Of a stretch of 64,000 bases of DNA, positions 27,710 through 38,324 are shown piece by piece. Below the pieces are notes generated by a model. It saw only the letters and a list, made by a program, of their open reading frames with translations, was not told where the DNA came from and ran no database searches. The stretch comes from Candidatus Saccharimonadota bacterium (GTDB lineage Bacteria > Patescibacteriota > Saccharimonadia > CAILAD01 > BJGX01). The translations under genes and the position numbers were made by a program. Where the stretch lies: assembly GCA_016191105.1 (NCBI GenBank), contig JACPPH010000006.1:32670-96669 (forward strand), written 5' to 3'. Every line of letters starts with the position of its first letter. Within the stretch, counting starts at the first letter, position 1.

Positions 27710-29296
27710 ATGACTACCGAAGAGATCAAAAAAATCATTGCAAGAACGGCTGCCAAAACATTCGAAGTGGAAGTGCCCGATTTCGAGGTCAGCTACCCAG
27801 AAGAGAAATTTGGTGATTTTAGCTCCAATATTGCCTTTAAGCTAGCCAAGCCACTATCAAGAGCACCCCAAGAGATTGCTAGTGAGCTGGCCAATCAAAT
27901 TAAGCATGCTGACATCAAGAAAGTAGAGATGGCCGGGCCAGGTTTTATTAACTTAACCATGGTAGATAACTACTGGCTCAAAAAACTAGCTAATCTAGAG
28001 TCAAATCTAAGCCGCAAACTTGTAAATAAGCCTCAAAGAGTGCAGGTGGAATTCATTTCAGCTAATCCAACGGGACCCCTAACTCTTGCAAATGCCAGAG
28101 GCGGCTACCTGGGCGATGTACTCGCTAGCGTGCTTTCACAGGTGGGGCACGATACAACCAGCGAATACTACATCAATGATGCTGGTGGCCAGGTAGAGCA
28201 CCTGGCAAATGCTATCAAGGCCGAATCTGGCCAAGCCATAGAAGGTGAACGTCAGTACACGGGTGAGTATGTTGCTGAGTTGGCTGCTAAGCTCAAGTCT
28301 GAGCTGGGCAAAGATGATCTTGGCTGGAGAGCAGTAGCAGAAATTATTGAACTTATTAAAGCTACGGCTGATCGAATGGGGATAAGTTTTGACGTTTGGT
28401 TTAGCGAGCAAAGCCTGATAGATAGAGAGCTGACCAAAAAAGTTATTGATGTATTCGATCAAAAAGGGCTGATCTACAAGAAAGACGGCGCAACCTGGCT
28501 AAAAACCACTGAGTTTGGTGATAACCGCGATAGAGTATTAGTAAAGTCATCTGGCGAATATGTTTATCTAGTTAATGACTACGCGTATCATTACGAGATA
28601 TTTACAGATCGTAAGTTTGACAGGGCAATTAAAATTTGGGGCGCAGATCACGCCGGCCAGGTTGAATCTCTCAAGCTTGGGGTAAAGCAGTTGATCCCCA
28701 GCTCCCAGCTTGATTTTATCTTGCTACAGATGGTAAGGATTATTAAGGACGGTAAAGAATTCAAGAGTAGCAAACGGGCCGGTAACTTTATAACGGTCGA
28801 TGAGCTGCTAGATGAAGTGGGCAACAGCGATGTGGTACGATTCTTCTTTTTGCTGCACTCCTCAGATAGTCAGATGGACTTCGATATAGATCTAGCCCGC
28901 GAGCATTCTCAGCAGAATCCACTGTACTATGTCATGTATTCATACGCGCGCGCCAACTCAATTCTAGAAAAGGCTTCTCAGAATAATCTTAAGCCGGTTG
29001 GCAGACTTGATAAGCCCAATAACCACGAGCGCAACTTAATTAAGCAGCTGGATAAGTTTCAGGAATTATTACTGCAAGTTGCAAATAGCTATGAAGTGCA
29101 CAAGCTAAGCTTTTATGGACACGAAACTGCTAGATTATTCCATGCCTACTATGAGTCAGAAAAGATAATAGAATTAGATAATCCTATTGCGGCCGGCAAG
29201 CTAGGCCTAATTAACTCCTATAAGCTTTTTATGGAGCAATACTTTAAGCTAATTGGTATAACTGCGCAAGCCAAAATGGACAGTAGGTCAGATTAG
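27710..29296 (+). CDS. argS: Arginine--tRNA ligase
   Basis: FGDFSSN, GPGFIN, EFISANPTGPL, YYINDAG, WGADH, SKRAG. Confidence 0.95.
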   Translation: MTTEEIKKIIARTAAKTFEVEVPDFEVSYPEEKFGDFSSNIAFKLAKPLSRAPQEIASELANQIKHADIKKVEMAGPGFINLTMVDNYWLKKLANLESNLSRKLVNKPQRVQVEFISANPTGPLTLANARGGYLGDVLASVLSQVGHDTTSEYYINDAGGQVEHLANAIKAESGQAIEGERQYTGEYVAELAAKLKSELGKDDLGWRAVAEIIELIKATADRMGISFDVWFSEQSLIDRELTKKVIDVFDQKGLIYKKDGATWLKTTEFGDNRDRVLVKSSGEYVYLVNDYAYHYEIFTDRKFDRAIKIWGADHAGQVESLKLGVKQLIPSSQLDFILLQMVRIIKDGKEFKSSKRAGNFITVDELLDEVGNSDVVRFFFLLHSSDSQMDFDIDLAREHSQQNPLYYVMYSYARANSILEKASQNNLKPVGRLDKPNNHERNLIKQLDKFQELLLQVANSYEVHKLSFYGHETARLFHAYYESEKIIELDNPIAAGKLGLINSYKLFMEQYFKLIGITAQAKMDSRSD

Positions 29297-31363
29297 CTAC
29301 TTTTGGAGCGGGAAGCTTAAAATCGTATTGCTATTAGCTACAAATATTTGTTTATTACTGTCGTCTATGGCAAAAGAATTGATGTTTGTTGCGTCGGTTA
29401 CAACATACTGGCGTATATATTGAGCCGAATTACTACCAAGTTGGATTTGTAGTATCCGACCATCATTTAGCAGTAAAAATAGGCTAGTTAAGTTTTCTGA
29501 ATACAATATTTTAACTATATTCTGGCTGTTTTTGGGATAGTTTTGTATCTGGAGATCTCGTTTTTGGCCAAGCTGAAAGTTTAATGCAGAGCCGTCGTTA
29601 TTACCGACGTAAACATTGCCATTTATAGCCATCGAAGTGGCGTTTTGTAGCAGATTTTCAGCCGGATTTTTTAAGTAAGGCGTTTTGGTGCTATAGCCGC
29701 CCAGGTTTTTGGTATAACGATAGATTTGATTATCGACAGGCGAGAGGATATATATGTTGCCCAGGTAACTAGCTATATCCACACCACGACTCCATTCGTT
29801 TGAGGTGTTCTTGGCTTCTGTTAAGCTGCCATCGGGGCTGAGCAGAAACAGGTTTGGGTTTTTGGTCATAATGTAGCCGGTTGAGCCATCGTTTGCGACC
29901 GAACTAGCCTGAACATTAGCCAAAACCTGGTTGCTGGTAGCCACCGAGCCAGACTTAGAATCTAGATTGATTCGCAGCAGGTTCTTGGCCTTGGTGTCGA
30001 TGGTGTATATGGTTTTGCCAAATAATAATAGTTGTGAAAAGCTAGCTGTGTTTTTGTCTTTGGCGCCGTAAACGGCCTGGGCGTTGACTCGAACGACCGA
30101 CCTAATGGTGTCCAAAAGTGAGGTGATTTGGGTGTTGAGGCTAGCTATAGTATTGAGCTGAGGGCTAAACTGGGCCTGCTTAGAGGCCAATTTGTTAACT
30201 CTTTCGACAGAGCTGGCCGGAATAGAGTTGAGTTTGGTTTGAGCATCTTGTAGACTAGCTTCGGCTTGTTCTTTGTTGCCCTGCGACAGGTCAGTAGCTG
30301 CTTGCTGTTCAATTTGATAAGCCTGACTAAATACAGCCAGGTTTTTATCGTTCTTTTGTGATTGCAGTGACAACAAGTAGAATCCAACGAAAATCAGGAT
30401 AACGCCAACCACAACTATTCCCAAAGCCAGCCGCGGGTTGCGGTTAATGTATTTAGACCAAAGCTTGTTCCAGCCCTCACGGATACCATTACCGGCCGAT
30501 CTGAGCGCACGGTCTTTGGTTTCGCCACCAAGCCTTTTGGCACCAGACACACTTTTTTGAATGGCTTTTTGGGCATGGGGCTGAATTTTTTTGGCAATCG
30601 CACCAGCGGCCGACGTAGTGGCGCCAATAAATGTTTGATTTGGCTCATCGGATAGGGGCTTTTCGGAAAGATCCTTGATCGTAGTTATATTTACAGCAAT
30701 GGCGCTACACCGACTGGCGCCTTCACCCTGAGGCATGTGCTGAGCGAGCTTGTGTATGCAGGTACTGGGGCTGTTTTCGGTCAGCAGACTGCTTAGGTCA
30801 GTTTTTTTGAGCTGGCTAAAGACAGCTTGAGTATAAAACAACAAGCTATCTCTTTTTTGCAAACTACCCTCGATAATCTCCGAAAAAATTAGATCTTTTT
30901 GACTATCAGCCTGGTTTAGCTGTCTGAGCTCTTCACCGGGCCGAGCCAGTACGGCGCCAACCCGGCCAAAGAGTGATAGTAATAGCTGAGCCTCGTCGAT
31001 TACCGCTATTAGAATGCTAATGTGGCCTGGAAGAGTTTTGTTGTGTCTAAACAGCTCCTCTAGATTTTCGTTGATCTGTGACAGAGTTTTTTCGAAACGT
31101 TCCTGGGGCTCATCTCGAAACTGGTTGTGGTAGTACAGCTCGCCAAAATCTTGAATGATTGTGTTGGTGATATCTTCGGCCAGGCGCTTATGGCCCTCGA
31201 TATCGATAACTACATAAAAGCTGCCCACCAAGTTGTTTTCATCTACTGGTGGATCGAACCAATAACTAAAAGCCGCTGCTCGATTTTCGCCTGGCCGGGG
31301 AGTGAGTTTGGCTGCCGTCTGCACATAAGTCTTAGACAAAAATTTAAACCCTCCTACCAACAA
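29297..31363 (-). CDS. Hypothetical bitopic membrane protein (PP2C-like N-terminus, beta-propeller-like C-terminus)
   Basis: Central TM LALGIVVVGVILIFVGFYLL; C-terminal repeats such as DIASYLGNIYIL and SMAINGNVYV. Confidence 0.65.
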   Translation of the reverse strand: MLVGGFKFLSKTYVQTAAKLTPRPGENRAAAFSYWFDPPVDENNLVGSFYVVIDIEGHKRLAEDITNTIIQDFGELYYHNQFRDEPQERFEKTLSQINENLEELFRHNKTLPGHISILIAVIDEAQLLLSLFGRVGAVLARPGEELRQLNQADSQKDLIFSEIIEGSLQKRDSLLFYTQAVFSQLKKTDLSSLLTENSPSTCIHKLAQHMPQGEGASRCSAIAVNITTIKDLSEKPLSDEPNQTFIGATTSAAGAIAKKIQPHAQKAIQKSVSGAKRLGGETKDRALRSAGNGIREGWNKLWSKYINRNPRLALGIVVVGVILIFVGFYLLSLQSQKNDKNLAVFSQAYQIEQQAATDLSQGNKEQAEASLQDAQTKLNSIPASSVERVNKLASKQAQFSPQLNTIASLNTQITSLLDTIRSVVRVNAQAVYGAKDKNTASFSQLLLFGKTIYTIDTKAKNLLRINLDSKSGSVATSNQVLANVQASSVANDGSTGYIMTKNPNLFLLSPDGSLTEAKNTSNEWSRGVDIASYLGNIYILSPVDNQIYRYTKNLGGYSTKTPYLKNPAENLLQNATSMAINGNVYVGNNDGSALNFQLGQKRDLQIQNYPKNSQNIVKILYSENLTSLFLLLNDGRILQIQLGSNSAQYIRQYVVTDATNINSFAIDDSNKQIFVANSNTILSFPLQK

Positions 31364-31412
31364 GCATAACAGATCTGAGACAGGCTATCTAGCGCCATTT
31401 ATGTAGGCTATA

Positions 31413-34259
31413 ATGGAGTTTATGAGGAATTTAGGGGGGCTCAATGAGGCGCAAAAAGCCGCGGTCGAGCATGGCACGGGTCCAGCGCTGGTGGCGGCTG
31501 GTGCCGGCACCGGCAAAACGGCGGTCTTAACATTTCGGATTGCTAACCTGATACTCAAGCAAAAAATACCACAATCGCAGATCTTGGCTCTGACTTTTAC
31601 AGACAAGGCAGCAACTGAAATGCAGGAGCGAGTAGACAGGCTTTTGCCGCACGGCTATGTGGAGTCCGACATATCGACTTTTCACGCTCTGGGCGACAAG
31701 ATACTACGGGCGCACAGCTTAGAACTCGGCATAACTAGTGATTTTGTGGTTATGTCGAACTTTTCCCAGGGGATCTTCTTAAGTGAGGTGATTGAGAACT
31801 TAGCTGGCAAGCTAAAGAATTATCGCCCGCTAGGTAATCCCAAGCGCTTTGTCAGTGCAGCTGCCAGATTTATATCGAGGCTCAAAGACGAAGCGATTAC
31901 GGCTGAGCAATTTGCTGAGTTTGTATCGGATCAGATTAAGACAGAAGACGATCTGGCGGAGCGGCGACGGTTGAAAGAGCTTAGCCTAATCTATAAGACC
32001 TACCAGGCAGAATCTAGGCGAAGAGGTTTAATTGACTATGGCGACCAGGTGTTGCTAGTTTTGGAGCTTTTTAAATCTAGAGCCAGCGTTTTAAAGACTT
32101 ATCAACAAAAGTTTCGGTTTATTTTAGTCGATGAGTTTCAAGACACTAATTTTGCCCAATTTGAGTTGGTTAAATTATTATCAGCAGCGCATAGAAACCT
32201 GATGGTGGTGGGAGACGACGATCAGTCGATCTATAGGTTTCGTGGGGCTGCTATCACCAACATCTTGTCTTTTGTTGAGCACTACCCCGATGCTAAGCGG
32301 ATTGTATTAACCAACAATTACCGCTCGGGCCAAAAAATTCTAGACGCAGCTTATAGGCTAATTCAGCACAACAATCCATACCGGCTAGAAAAGCAGCAAA
32401 AAGTTAGTAAAAAGCTACTAGGCAGTCGCCAAGGTCAACTGCCTAGGGCTAAGATATTCGATACTCAGGTAGAAGAAGCCGAATATGTTGCCGCTGAATT
32501 AAAAAAACTCCATAAAAACGGCTACCGCTACAAAGATATGGCGATCTTAATACGTAAAAATAGCCAGTCGTGCAACTTAGCACACTGTTTAAATCGTCAC
32601 TTAATTCCTTATGTCTTATCTGAAAGCACAAATCTATTGGAGCAGCCAGAGGTAAAGGTGCTATTACATTTTATAAATAGCCTCAATGACCCCGGCAATT
32701 CGCAGGCACTATATGGACTACTGACTAGTGAAGTCTATAACATAGCTTTGAGCCAGCTGGTTGCTGCTAGCGCTCAAGCCGCCAGGACGAGGCTGCCATT
32801 AGAACAGTACCTTACTGAGAACAAGCCAGCCGCCAAGCAGATTAACTCAATAATAGAAACCATAAATTACTATCGAGGCTTAGCACACCAGATGAGCGGC
32901 GGTGAACTCTTGTATGATTTTTTACAACACTCTGGCTATTTGGTGAGACTAACTAAGCAAGCTCTAACCGATAACTCAGCTGTTAGGCAAATTCAAAACA
33001 TAACCCAACTGTTTGAGCTAATAAGAGATTTTGAAACAGTTAGTTATGACCCAAACATTGTTTCTTTGTGGAGCCATCTGGCTGAGCTGCAACAAAGCAC
33101 CGATGACATTGTGGTGCAAGCCTCGCCACTCGATCTAGATGCCGTTCGTATACTTACGGTTCACCGGGCCAAAGGCTTAGAATTTAGAGTCGTATTAATA
33201 GTTGATGCGGTAGAGGCGACTTTTCCGGCTGTTAATCGAGCTGAGTTGATACGCATGCCAAAAGGGTTATTCGATTCGCAAGACGGCGCAATTGATTGGC
33301 ACATTATGGACGAGCGGCGCCTATTTTATGTGGCTATGACCCGCGCCAAAGAGTATTTAAGACTGTCGGCGGCTTATAATCATGGCGGAAAAAGGCTAAA
33401 GCGCCCCTCGCGATTCATCACGGAGGCTCTAGGCGAGGTTGTGGTCACCAAAAAGCGCCCCGTGATATTAAAATCAACAGCCGATAGCCTGATAAATTAC
33501 TCCAGATTGCCAGAGTCTAAATTTGATCCCTTAGCTAGGTTTTACTCTGACGGATGGCTGCAGCTTAGTACCAACCAGGTTGCCGATTATCTACGTTCGC
33601 CCAAGGAATTCTGGTATTTTCATGTTTTAAGCTTACCCAAGGGGCCATTTCATGCCCTGGTTTATGGGACAGCAATTCATGCTGCTATAGAGCGCTATTT
33701 TAGAGCCAAACTTGCTCACCAAAACATCGGCTTAAAAGACCTTTATGAAACTTTTGAGGCTAGTTGGTTGCAGGAGGGGTTTGTATCGCTCCAACACCAA
33801 ATAGATCGTTTTAACCAGGGTAAAAATACCTTAAAACACTTTTACGCCAATCAGCAGCGACAAAAGAGCTGCCCAGCAATGGTAGAGCAGCCATTTTTAC
33901 TTAGACTGCCTGAAATAAAGGTGGCAGTCTCTGGCCGTTATGACGCTGTCTATAAAAACAATGATAAAATAGATATATATGACTTTAAAACCAGCGATGT
34001 AGGATCCAAAAAGGATGCTGAAAAACGCTTAAGAGAAAGTATTCAAATGGCTATTTATGCCTTAGCCTGGGAAAAAAACCATCGGCAAGTAGTGAACACA
34101 ATAGGTCTCCAATTTGTAGAGCGACAAATTATAGCTAAGCTACCACCACCTGCGGCAGAAACAACAATCAGCAAGCTAACAATGGTTTGTAATGGTATAA
34201 AAAATCGAGAATTTAGCAAAGTTGGACAGAGTCAAATTAACTTTGAAAAGTTAGTATGA
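31413..34259 (+). CDS. UvrD/PcrA-family helicase with C-terminal PD-(D/E)xK nuclease domain
   Basis: AGAGTGKT, DEFQD, GDDDQSIYRFRGA, TVHRAKGLEF, ERRLFYVAMTRA; GRYD..IYDFKT..QMAIY. Confidence 0.93.
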   Translation: MEFMRNLGGLNEAQKAAVEHGTGPALVAAGAGTGKTAVLTFRIANLILKQKIPQSQILALTFTDKAATEMQERVDRLLPHGYVESDISTFHALGDKILRAHSLELGITSDFVVMSNFSQGIFLSEVIENLAGKLKNYRPLGNPKRFVSAAARFISRLKDEAITAEQFAEFVSDQIKTEDDLAERRRLKELSLIYKTYQAESRRRGLIDYGDQVLLVLELFKSRASVLKTYQQKFRFILVDEFQDTNFAQFELVKLLSAAHRNLMVVGDDDQSIYRFRGAAITNILSFVEHYPDAKRIVLTNNYRSGQKILDAAYRLIQHNNPYRLEKQQKVSKKLLGSRQGQLPRAKIFDTQVEEAEYVAAELKKLHKNGYRYKDMAILIRKNSQSCNLAHCLNRHLIPYVLSESTNLLEQPEVKVLLHFINSLNDPGNSQALYGLLTSEVYNIALSQLVAASAQAARTRLPLEQYLTENKPAAKQINSIIETINYYRGLAHQMSGGELLYDFLQHSGYLVRLTKQALTDNSAVRQIQNITQLFELIRDFETVSYDPNIVSLWSHLAELQQSTDDIVVQASPLDLDAVRILTVHRAKGLEFRVVLIVDAVEATFPAVNRAELIRMPKGLFDSQDGAIDWHIMDERRLFYVAMTRAKEYLRLSAAYNHGGKRLKRPSRFITEALGEVVVTKKRPVILKSTADSLINYSRLPESKFDPLARFYSDGWLQLSTNQVADYLRSPKEFWYFHVLSLPKGPFHALVYGTAIHAAIERYFRAKLAHQNIGLKDLYETFEASWLQEGFVSLQHQIDRFNQGKNTLKHFYANQQRQKSCPAMVEQPFLLRLPEIKVAVSGRYDAVYKNNDKIDIYDFKTSDVGSKKDAEKRLRESIQMAIYALAWEKNHRQVVNTIGLQFVERQIIAKLPPPAAETTISKLTMVCNGIKNREFSKVGQSQINFEKLV

Positions 34260-34759
34260 ACAAAAAAAGCATAGACTCGACCTACAGAGATCAAGAGTGG
34301 TTGGAAAACTTGCTTGCCGATATATGGTATAGATATTTTTCGGACGTGGATCAATCTAACAAAGTTGTAATAAGGTATGGGCGCAAGGCCAAGCGCCGCC
34401 TCGGTTCAATATCATTAGACCCAAACGACCAGCTCACCAGCATAATAACTATCAACCCGATATATCAAGACCTTAGTGTACCTGAGTACGTTGTGGTTGC
34501 CACAATAGTACATGAGATGACCCACTATGCTCATGGCTTTAATTCTCCGCTAGATCAAAGGCACCAGCATCCACACAGTGGCGGAATTATTAAGGCCGAA
34601 TTTGCTGAACGGGGGTTAGAAGATATGTTTGTTAAGCAGCGTAAATGGTTAAAAACTAATTGGCCCACCATGGTTGAACGATATTTTGGTCCTCAAATGC
34701 CTAAGTTTAGATATACAAGCCCCAAAAAAGTACCAATCCCAAAGTGGTTTAGAATTTAG
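34256..34759 (+). CDS. SprT-like zinc metalloprotein
   Basis: HEMTH motif plus downstream PH. Confidence 0.65.
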   Translation: MNKKSIDSTYRDQEWLENLLADIWYRYFSDVDQSNKVVIRYGRKAKRRLGSISLDPNDQLTSIITINPIYQDLSVPEYVVVATIVHEMTHYAHGFNSPLDQRHQHPHSGGIIKAEFAERGLEDMFVKQRKWLKTNWPTMVERYFGPQMPKFRYTSPKKVPIPKWFRI

Positions 34760-34902
34760 TGCTTACCTTATATTTTATACCGCTACATAAGCTTTATATA
34801 CAGATATCGAGATTAGTAATATTGAGTAAATATATAGTTTATTATATTCAAATCCCAGACTATTATTGCAAAGTAGCCGTCCAAGTTGTATAATATTGCC
34901 AA

Positions 34903-35235
34903 ATGAAGAAAACCAAACGTCAAGTTAAGAATATTTCAGCCCGATCGCTAAAAAACATGCCCCAATCGGTTAAATATCAACGAACCACGCAGTCTTTTGG
35001 TGCTACTGGTCATTTTAAAGCCCGCCATTTCTTAATGATGGCTCTGCTCTGCTTCTTACTTACTCAGGTTATAAAGTTTGTGCTGTACTCGATCATATTT
35101 AGAGGCGAGGCCACGCCGGCCGGGGCTGTCTTTAGTTTTGTGGTCTACGTGCAGATTGTATTACTACTCTCAGCTTTCGGCTTCTTGATAATAGCCTGCA
35201 TAAAAGCCCTTAGGGGCTTAATACGGGCTATATAG
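34903..35235 (+). CDS. Hypothetical two-TM membrane protein
   Basis: TATAAT upstream; two hydrophobic helices. Confidence 0.6.
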   Translation: MKKTKRQVKNISARSLKNMPQSVKYQRTTQSFGATGHFKARHFLMMALLCFLLTQVIKFVLYSIIFRGEATPAGAVFSFVVYVQIVLLLSAFGFLIIACIKALRGLIRAI

Positions 35236-35256
35236 CCAATTGCTAAGCTAAAAGGC

Positions 35257-36105
35257 ATGACCACAAAGCGGCACATTGTTTCTATTCAGGGCGAGACCGG
35301 CTCGTTTCACCACATAGCGGCTAGGCACTTCTTTGGTGGGCAACTAGAAATATTGGCACGGGACAGCTTTGCTGGGGTATTTTCGGATTTGCAGCAAGCA
35401 AAAGCAGATTTTGCCGTGGTAGCGGTTGAAAATTCGCTAGCTGGCAGCATTAACGAAGTTTATGACTTGTTGCGCGAGGACGGCCAGAAGATTATTGGTG
35501 AGGTCTATATGCGCATCTCACTTAATCTCATCGGCCAGCCCGATGCAAAGATTAGTGATGTTAGGCAGATTTACTCCCACCCTGTGGCTCTAATGGAGGC
35601 CGAACAATATCTAGCTAATTTAAGCGGTGTAGATGTGCACGAGCGCCACGATACGGCCGGCAGCGTGGCCTACATAGCCAAGTCCAAAGACAAGAGTCTG
35701 GCCGCAATTAGCAGTAAAGAGTCGGCTAAGCTGTACGGCATGAAGGTTTTGGCGGCCGATATTGAAACCGACAAGCAGAATCACACGCGCTTTGTGCTGC
35801 TTGTTCCCCGAGGCTGCAAGAACCCCGACGGAGCCAACAAAAGCTCGATTATTATTACCACCAATCATCAGCCAGGCGCGCTATACAATGCGCTTGGGGT
35901 GTTTGCCAAGCGCAACATTAACCTAAGCAAGCTAGAATCCAGGCCAATTATTGGTAAGGGTTGGCACTACTACTTTTATCTGGACTTCGATGCTGGCCTA
36001 GATGAGCACAGAAGCAAACAGGCTCTGAGCGAGCTCAAAGACTATACTGGCGAGATTAATATTCTTGGTACCTACATTAAGGGTAAAGTTATCGACCAAG
36101 CGTAA
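35257..36105 (+). CDS. pheA: Prephenate dehydratase
   Basis: QGETGSF, VENSLAG, YSHPVAL, NHTRF, ACT domain NLSKLESRP. Confidence 0.93.
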   Translation: MTTKRHIVSIQGETGSFHHIAARHFFGGQLEILARDSFAGVFSDLQQAKADFAVVAVENSLAGSINEVYDLLREDGQKIIGEVYMRISLNLIGQPDAKISDVRQIYSHPVALMEAEQYLANLSGVDVHERHDTAGSVAYIAKSKDKSLAAISSKESAKLYGMKVLAADIETDKQNHTRFVLLVPRGCKNPDGANKSSIIITTNHQPGALYNALGVFAKRNINLSKLESRPIIGKGWHYYFYLDFDAGLDEHRSKQALSELKDYTGEINILGTYIKGKVIDQA

Positions 36106-36157
36106 AAGTTTTGTTTTTTCGTATTGTGTTCGTAGACCCAAGATGTATAATAGGCAT

Positions 36158-37228
36158 ATGAATACATCGGTGGTGATACTTTTGGTGGTTATGGTGCTGG
36201 GCTTCGTGGCAGTAATAGTTTATTTGCAGCGAAAACTGTCTAATACCACCGACGACCCGACTGCTAATTTGTTAAAAACCGATCTTCAGGGGTTGCAGCA
36301 ACTACTTAGTCAAACTCAGTCCCAGATGGGCGAGCGCATTGATCGTAATAACGCCGCCATGCAAGCCAGCCTGCATAAGCAAATGAGCGAGTCGGCTAAG
36401 CTTATCACCGATGTTACCGAGCGCCTAACCAAGCTCGACGACACTAACCGCCAGGTGGTAGATGTCGCGACCGAGCTCAAAACTCTGCAAAATGTGCTCC
36501 AAAATCCCAAGCAGCGCGGAGTTTTGGGCGAATACTATCTAGACACCGTTCTCAAAAACGTATTGCCGCCAGATCAGTACAAGCTGCAGTACAAGTTTAA
36601 AGACGGCGAAATTGTTGATGCGGTAATTTTGCTAGATAAAAAGGTACTGCCAATCGATTCTAAGTTCAGCTTGGAAAACTATAACCGCCTGATAGACGAG
36701 AAAGATAAAGTTAGTCGCGAGCGACTGATTAAACAGTTTAAAACTGACCTTAAGGGCCGCATAGACGAAACTAGCAAATATGTTCGTCCCAACGAGGGCA
36801 CCATGGACTTTGCCTTTATGTTTATTCCTTCGGAGGCTATCTACAACGATCTACTGATTAACAAAATTGGCTTAGCCGATACCAGCTCACGCGACCTAAT
36901 CGAGTACGCCTTTCGTGATAAACAGGTGATTATTGTAAGCCCTACAACATTCATGGCCTACCTGCAGACTGTAATGCAGGGCTTACGCTCACTACAGATA
37001 GAAGAACAGGCCAAAGAAATCCAAAAAAGAGTAGGTCAGCTGGGTGTACACATTAAAAATTACGATCAGTTTATGCAAAAACTGGGTAATTCTCTGGGCG
37101 TGACTGTGAATCACTACAACAACGCCCACAAAGAGCTCAAAAAGATCGATAAAGATGTGGTTAAGATTGCTGGTGCCGATGCTGGTATTGAGCCGCTACT
37201 GGTTGATAAGCCCTCAATAGATGAGTAA
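36158..37228 (+). CDS. rmuC: DNA recombination protein RmuC
   Basis: N-terminal TM, KQRGVLGE, IDSKF, DFAFMFIPSE, VSPTT. Confidence 0.92.
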   Translation: MNTSVVILLVVMVLGFVAVIVYLQRKLSNTTDDPTANLLKTDLQGLQQLLSQTQSQMGERIDRNNAAMQASLHKQMSESAKLITDVTERLTKLDDTNRQVVDVATELKTLQNVLQNPKQRGVLGEYYLDTVLKNVLPPDQYKLQYKFKDGEIVDAVILLDKKVLPIDSKFSLENYNRLIDEKDKVSRERLIKQFKTDLKGRIDETSKYVRPNEGTMDFAFMFIPSEAIYNDLLINKIGLADTSSRDLIEYAFRDKQVIIVSPTTFMAYLQTVMQGLRSLQIEEQAKEIQKRVGQLGVHIKNYDQFMQKLGNSLGVTVNHYNNAHKELKKIDKDVVKIAGADAGIEPLLVDKPSIDE

Positions 37229-37237
37229 ACTGTTAAT

Positions 37238-38236
37238 ATGAAGGTTCGAAACATAAATAAGCGTGTGGTATCAGGCATTACGTCTAGTAACATTCCGACA
37301 ATCGGCAACTATCTGGGTGCTATGGTGCGTTGGGCTCAAGAACAAGATGAGGATAAGCTTTACTTTATTGCGAATTCTCACGCTATAACAGTGCGCCAAA
37401 AGGCAGATCACTTACGAAATTGCAGCTTAGACAGCTATGTCTGGTTGATTGCTGGCGGACTTGACCCAGATAAATGCATCATTTTTATACAGTCGATGGT
37501 GCCAGCCCATACAGAATTGGCCTGGATATTAAATAACTACACGACTATGGGCGAGCTTAACCGCATGACTCAGTATAAGGATAAAACTGCTCGCTTTGGA
37601 GAGGCTGGGCAACTAGCCGGGCTTTTTGACTACCCGGTGCTAATGGCTGCCGATATATTGCTTTATGATGCCGATGAGGTCCCTACTGGCGAAGATCAAA
37701 AACAACACATTGAACTAACTAGAAATATTGCTGAGCGCTTTAATAATCTGCACGGTGAAGTTTTTAAGTTGCCCAAACCAGGTATCGATGAAGTTGGAGC
37801 GAGGATCATGAACATAGCCGACCCTTCTAAGAAAATGAGCAAGAGCGATCCGGGGCCGGGTACGGTCTACCTTAAAGATACTAGTGAAGAGGTGATCACT
37901 AAGTTTAAGAAGGCGGTGACTGATTCAGGTAGTGAAGTTAAGTACGACAAAGCAAAAAAGCCAGCCGTTTCCAATCTGCTGGAGATTTACCACGGCTTTT
38001 CTGGCAAACCGATCGAAGAAATTGAGAATAAGTATAGGGGTAAGGGCTACGGCGACTTCAAGAAAGACCTGGGGGAGTTAGTGGCCGGCAAATTAGAAGA
38101 GTTGCAGGCTAAATTTAACAAGATCCGCTCTAACGAAAGTGAATTAATGCGAATCATTGAGTCTGGTAATGTCAAAGCCTCTAAAATTGCCAACAAAAAA
38201 CTCGAGCAAATAAAGCAAACTATTGGCTTGCTGTAA
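37238..38236 (+). CDS. trpS: Tryptophan--tRNA ligase
   Basis: TIGNYLG, YPVLMAADIL, GEDQKQHIE, KMSKS. Confidence 0.96.
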   Translation: MKVRNINKRVVSGITSSNIPTIGNYLGAMVRWAQEQDEDKLYFIANSHAITVRQKADHLRNCSLDSYVWLIAGGLDPDKCIIFIQSMVPAHTELAWILNNYTTMGELNRMTQYKDKTARFGEAGQLAGLFDYPVLMAADILLYDADEVPTGEDQKQHIELTRNIAERFNNLHGEVFKLPKPGIDEVGARIMNIADPSKKMSKSDPGPGTVYLKDTSEEVITKFKKAVTDSGSEVKYDKAKKPAVSNLLEIYHGFSGKPIEEIENKYRGKGYGDFKKDLGELVAGKLEELQAKFNKIRSNESELMRIIESGNVKASKIANKKLEQIKQTIGLL

Positions 38237-38288
38237 TAAAAACAACATGGGTTTTCAGGTTACATAGTAAAAAATACCATTAAACTTA

Positions 38289-38318
38289 TTGACATAAGCA
38301 TAAGCACTGTGCTATACT
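38289..38318 (+). promoter_or_regulatory. Sigma70 promoter with no downstream ORF
   Basis: TTGACA-N18-TATACT with extended TG. Confidence 0.75.
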
Positions 38319-38324
38319 AGTATC

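Noticed and set aside
28063-28101. ArgS HIGH motif replaced by TLAN
   Set aside because: All other motifs are intact; treated as a lineage variant, not a pseudogene.
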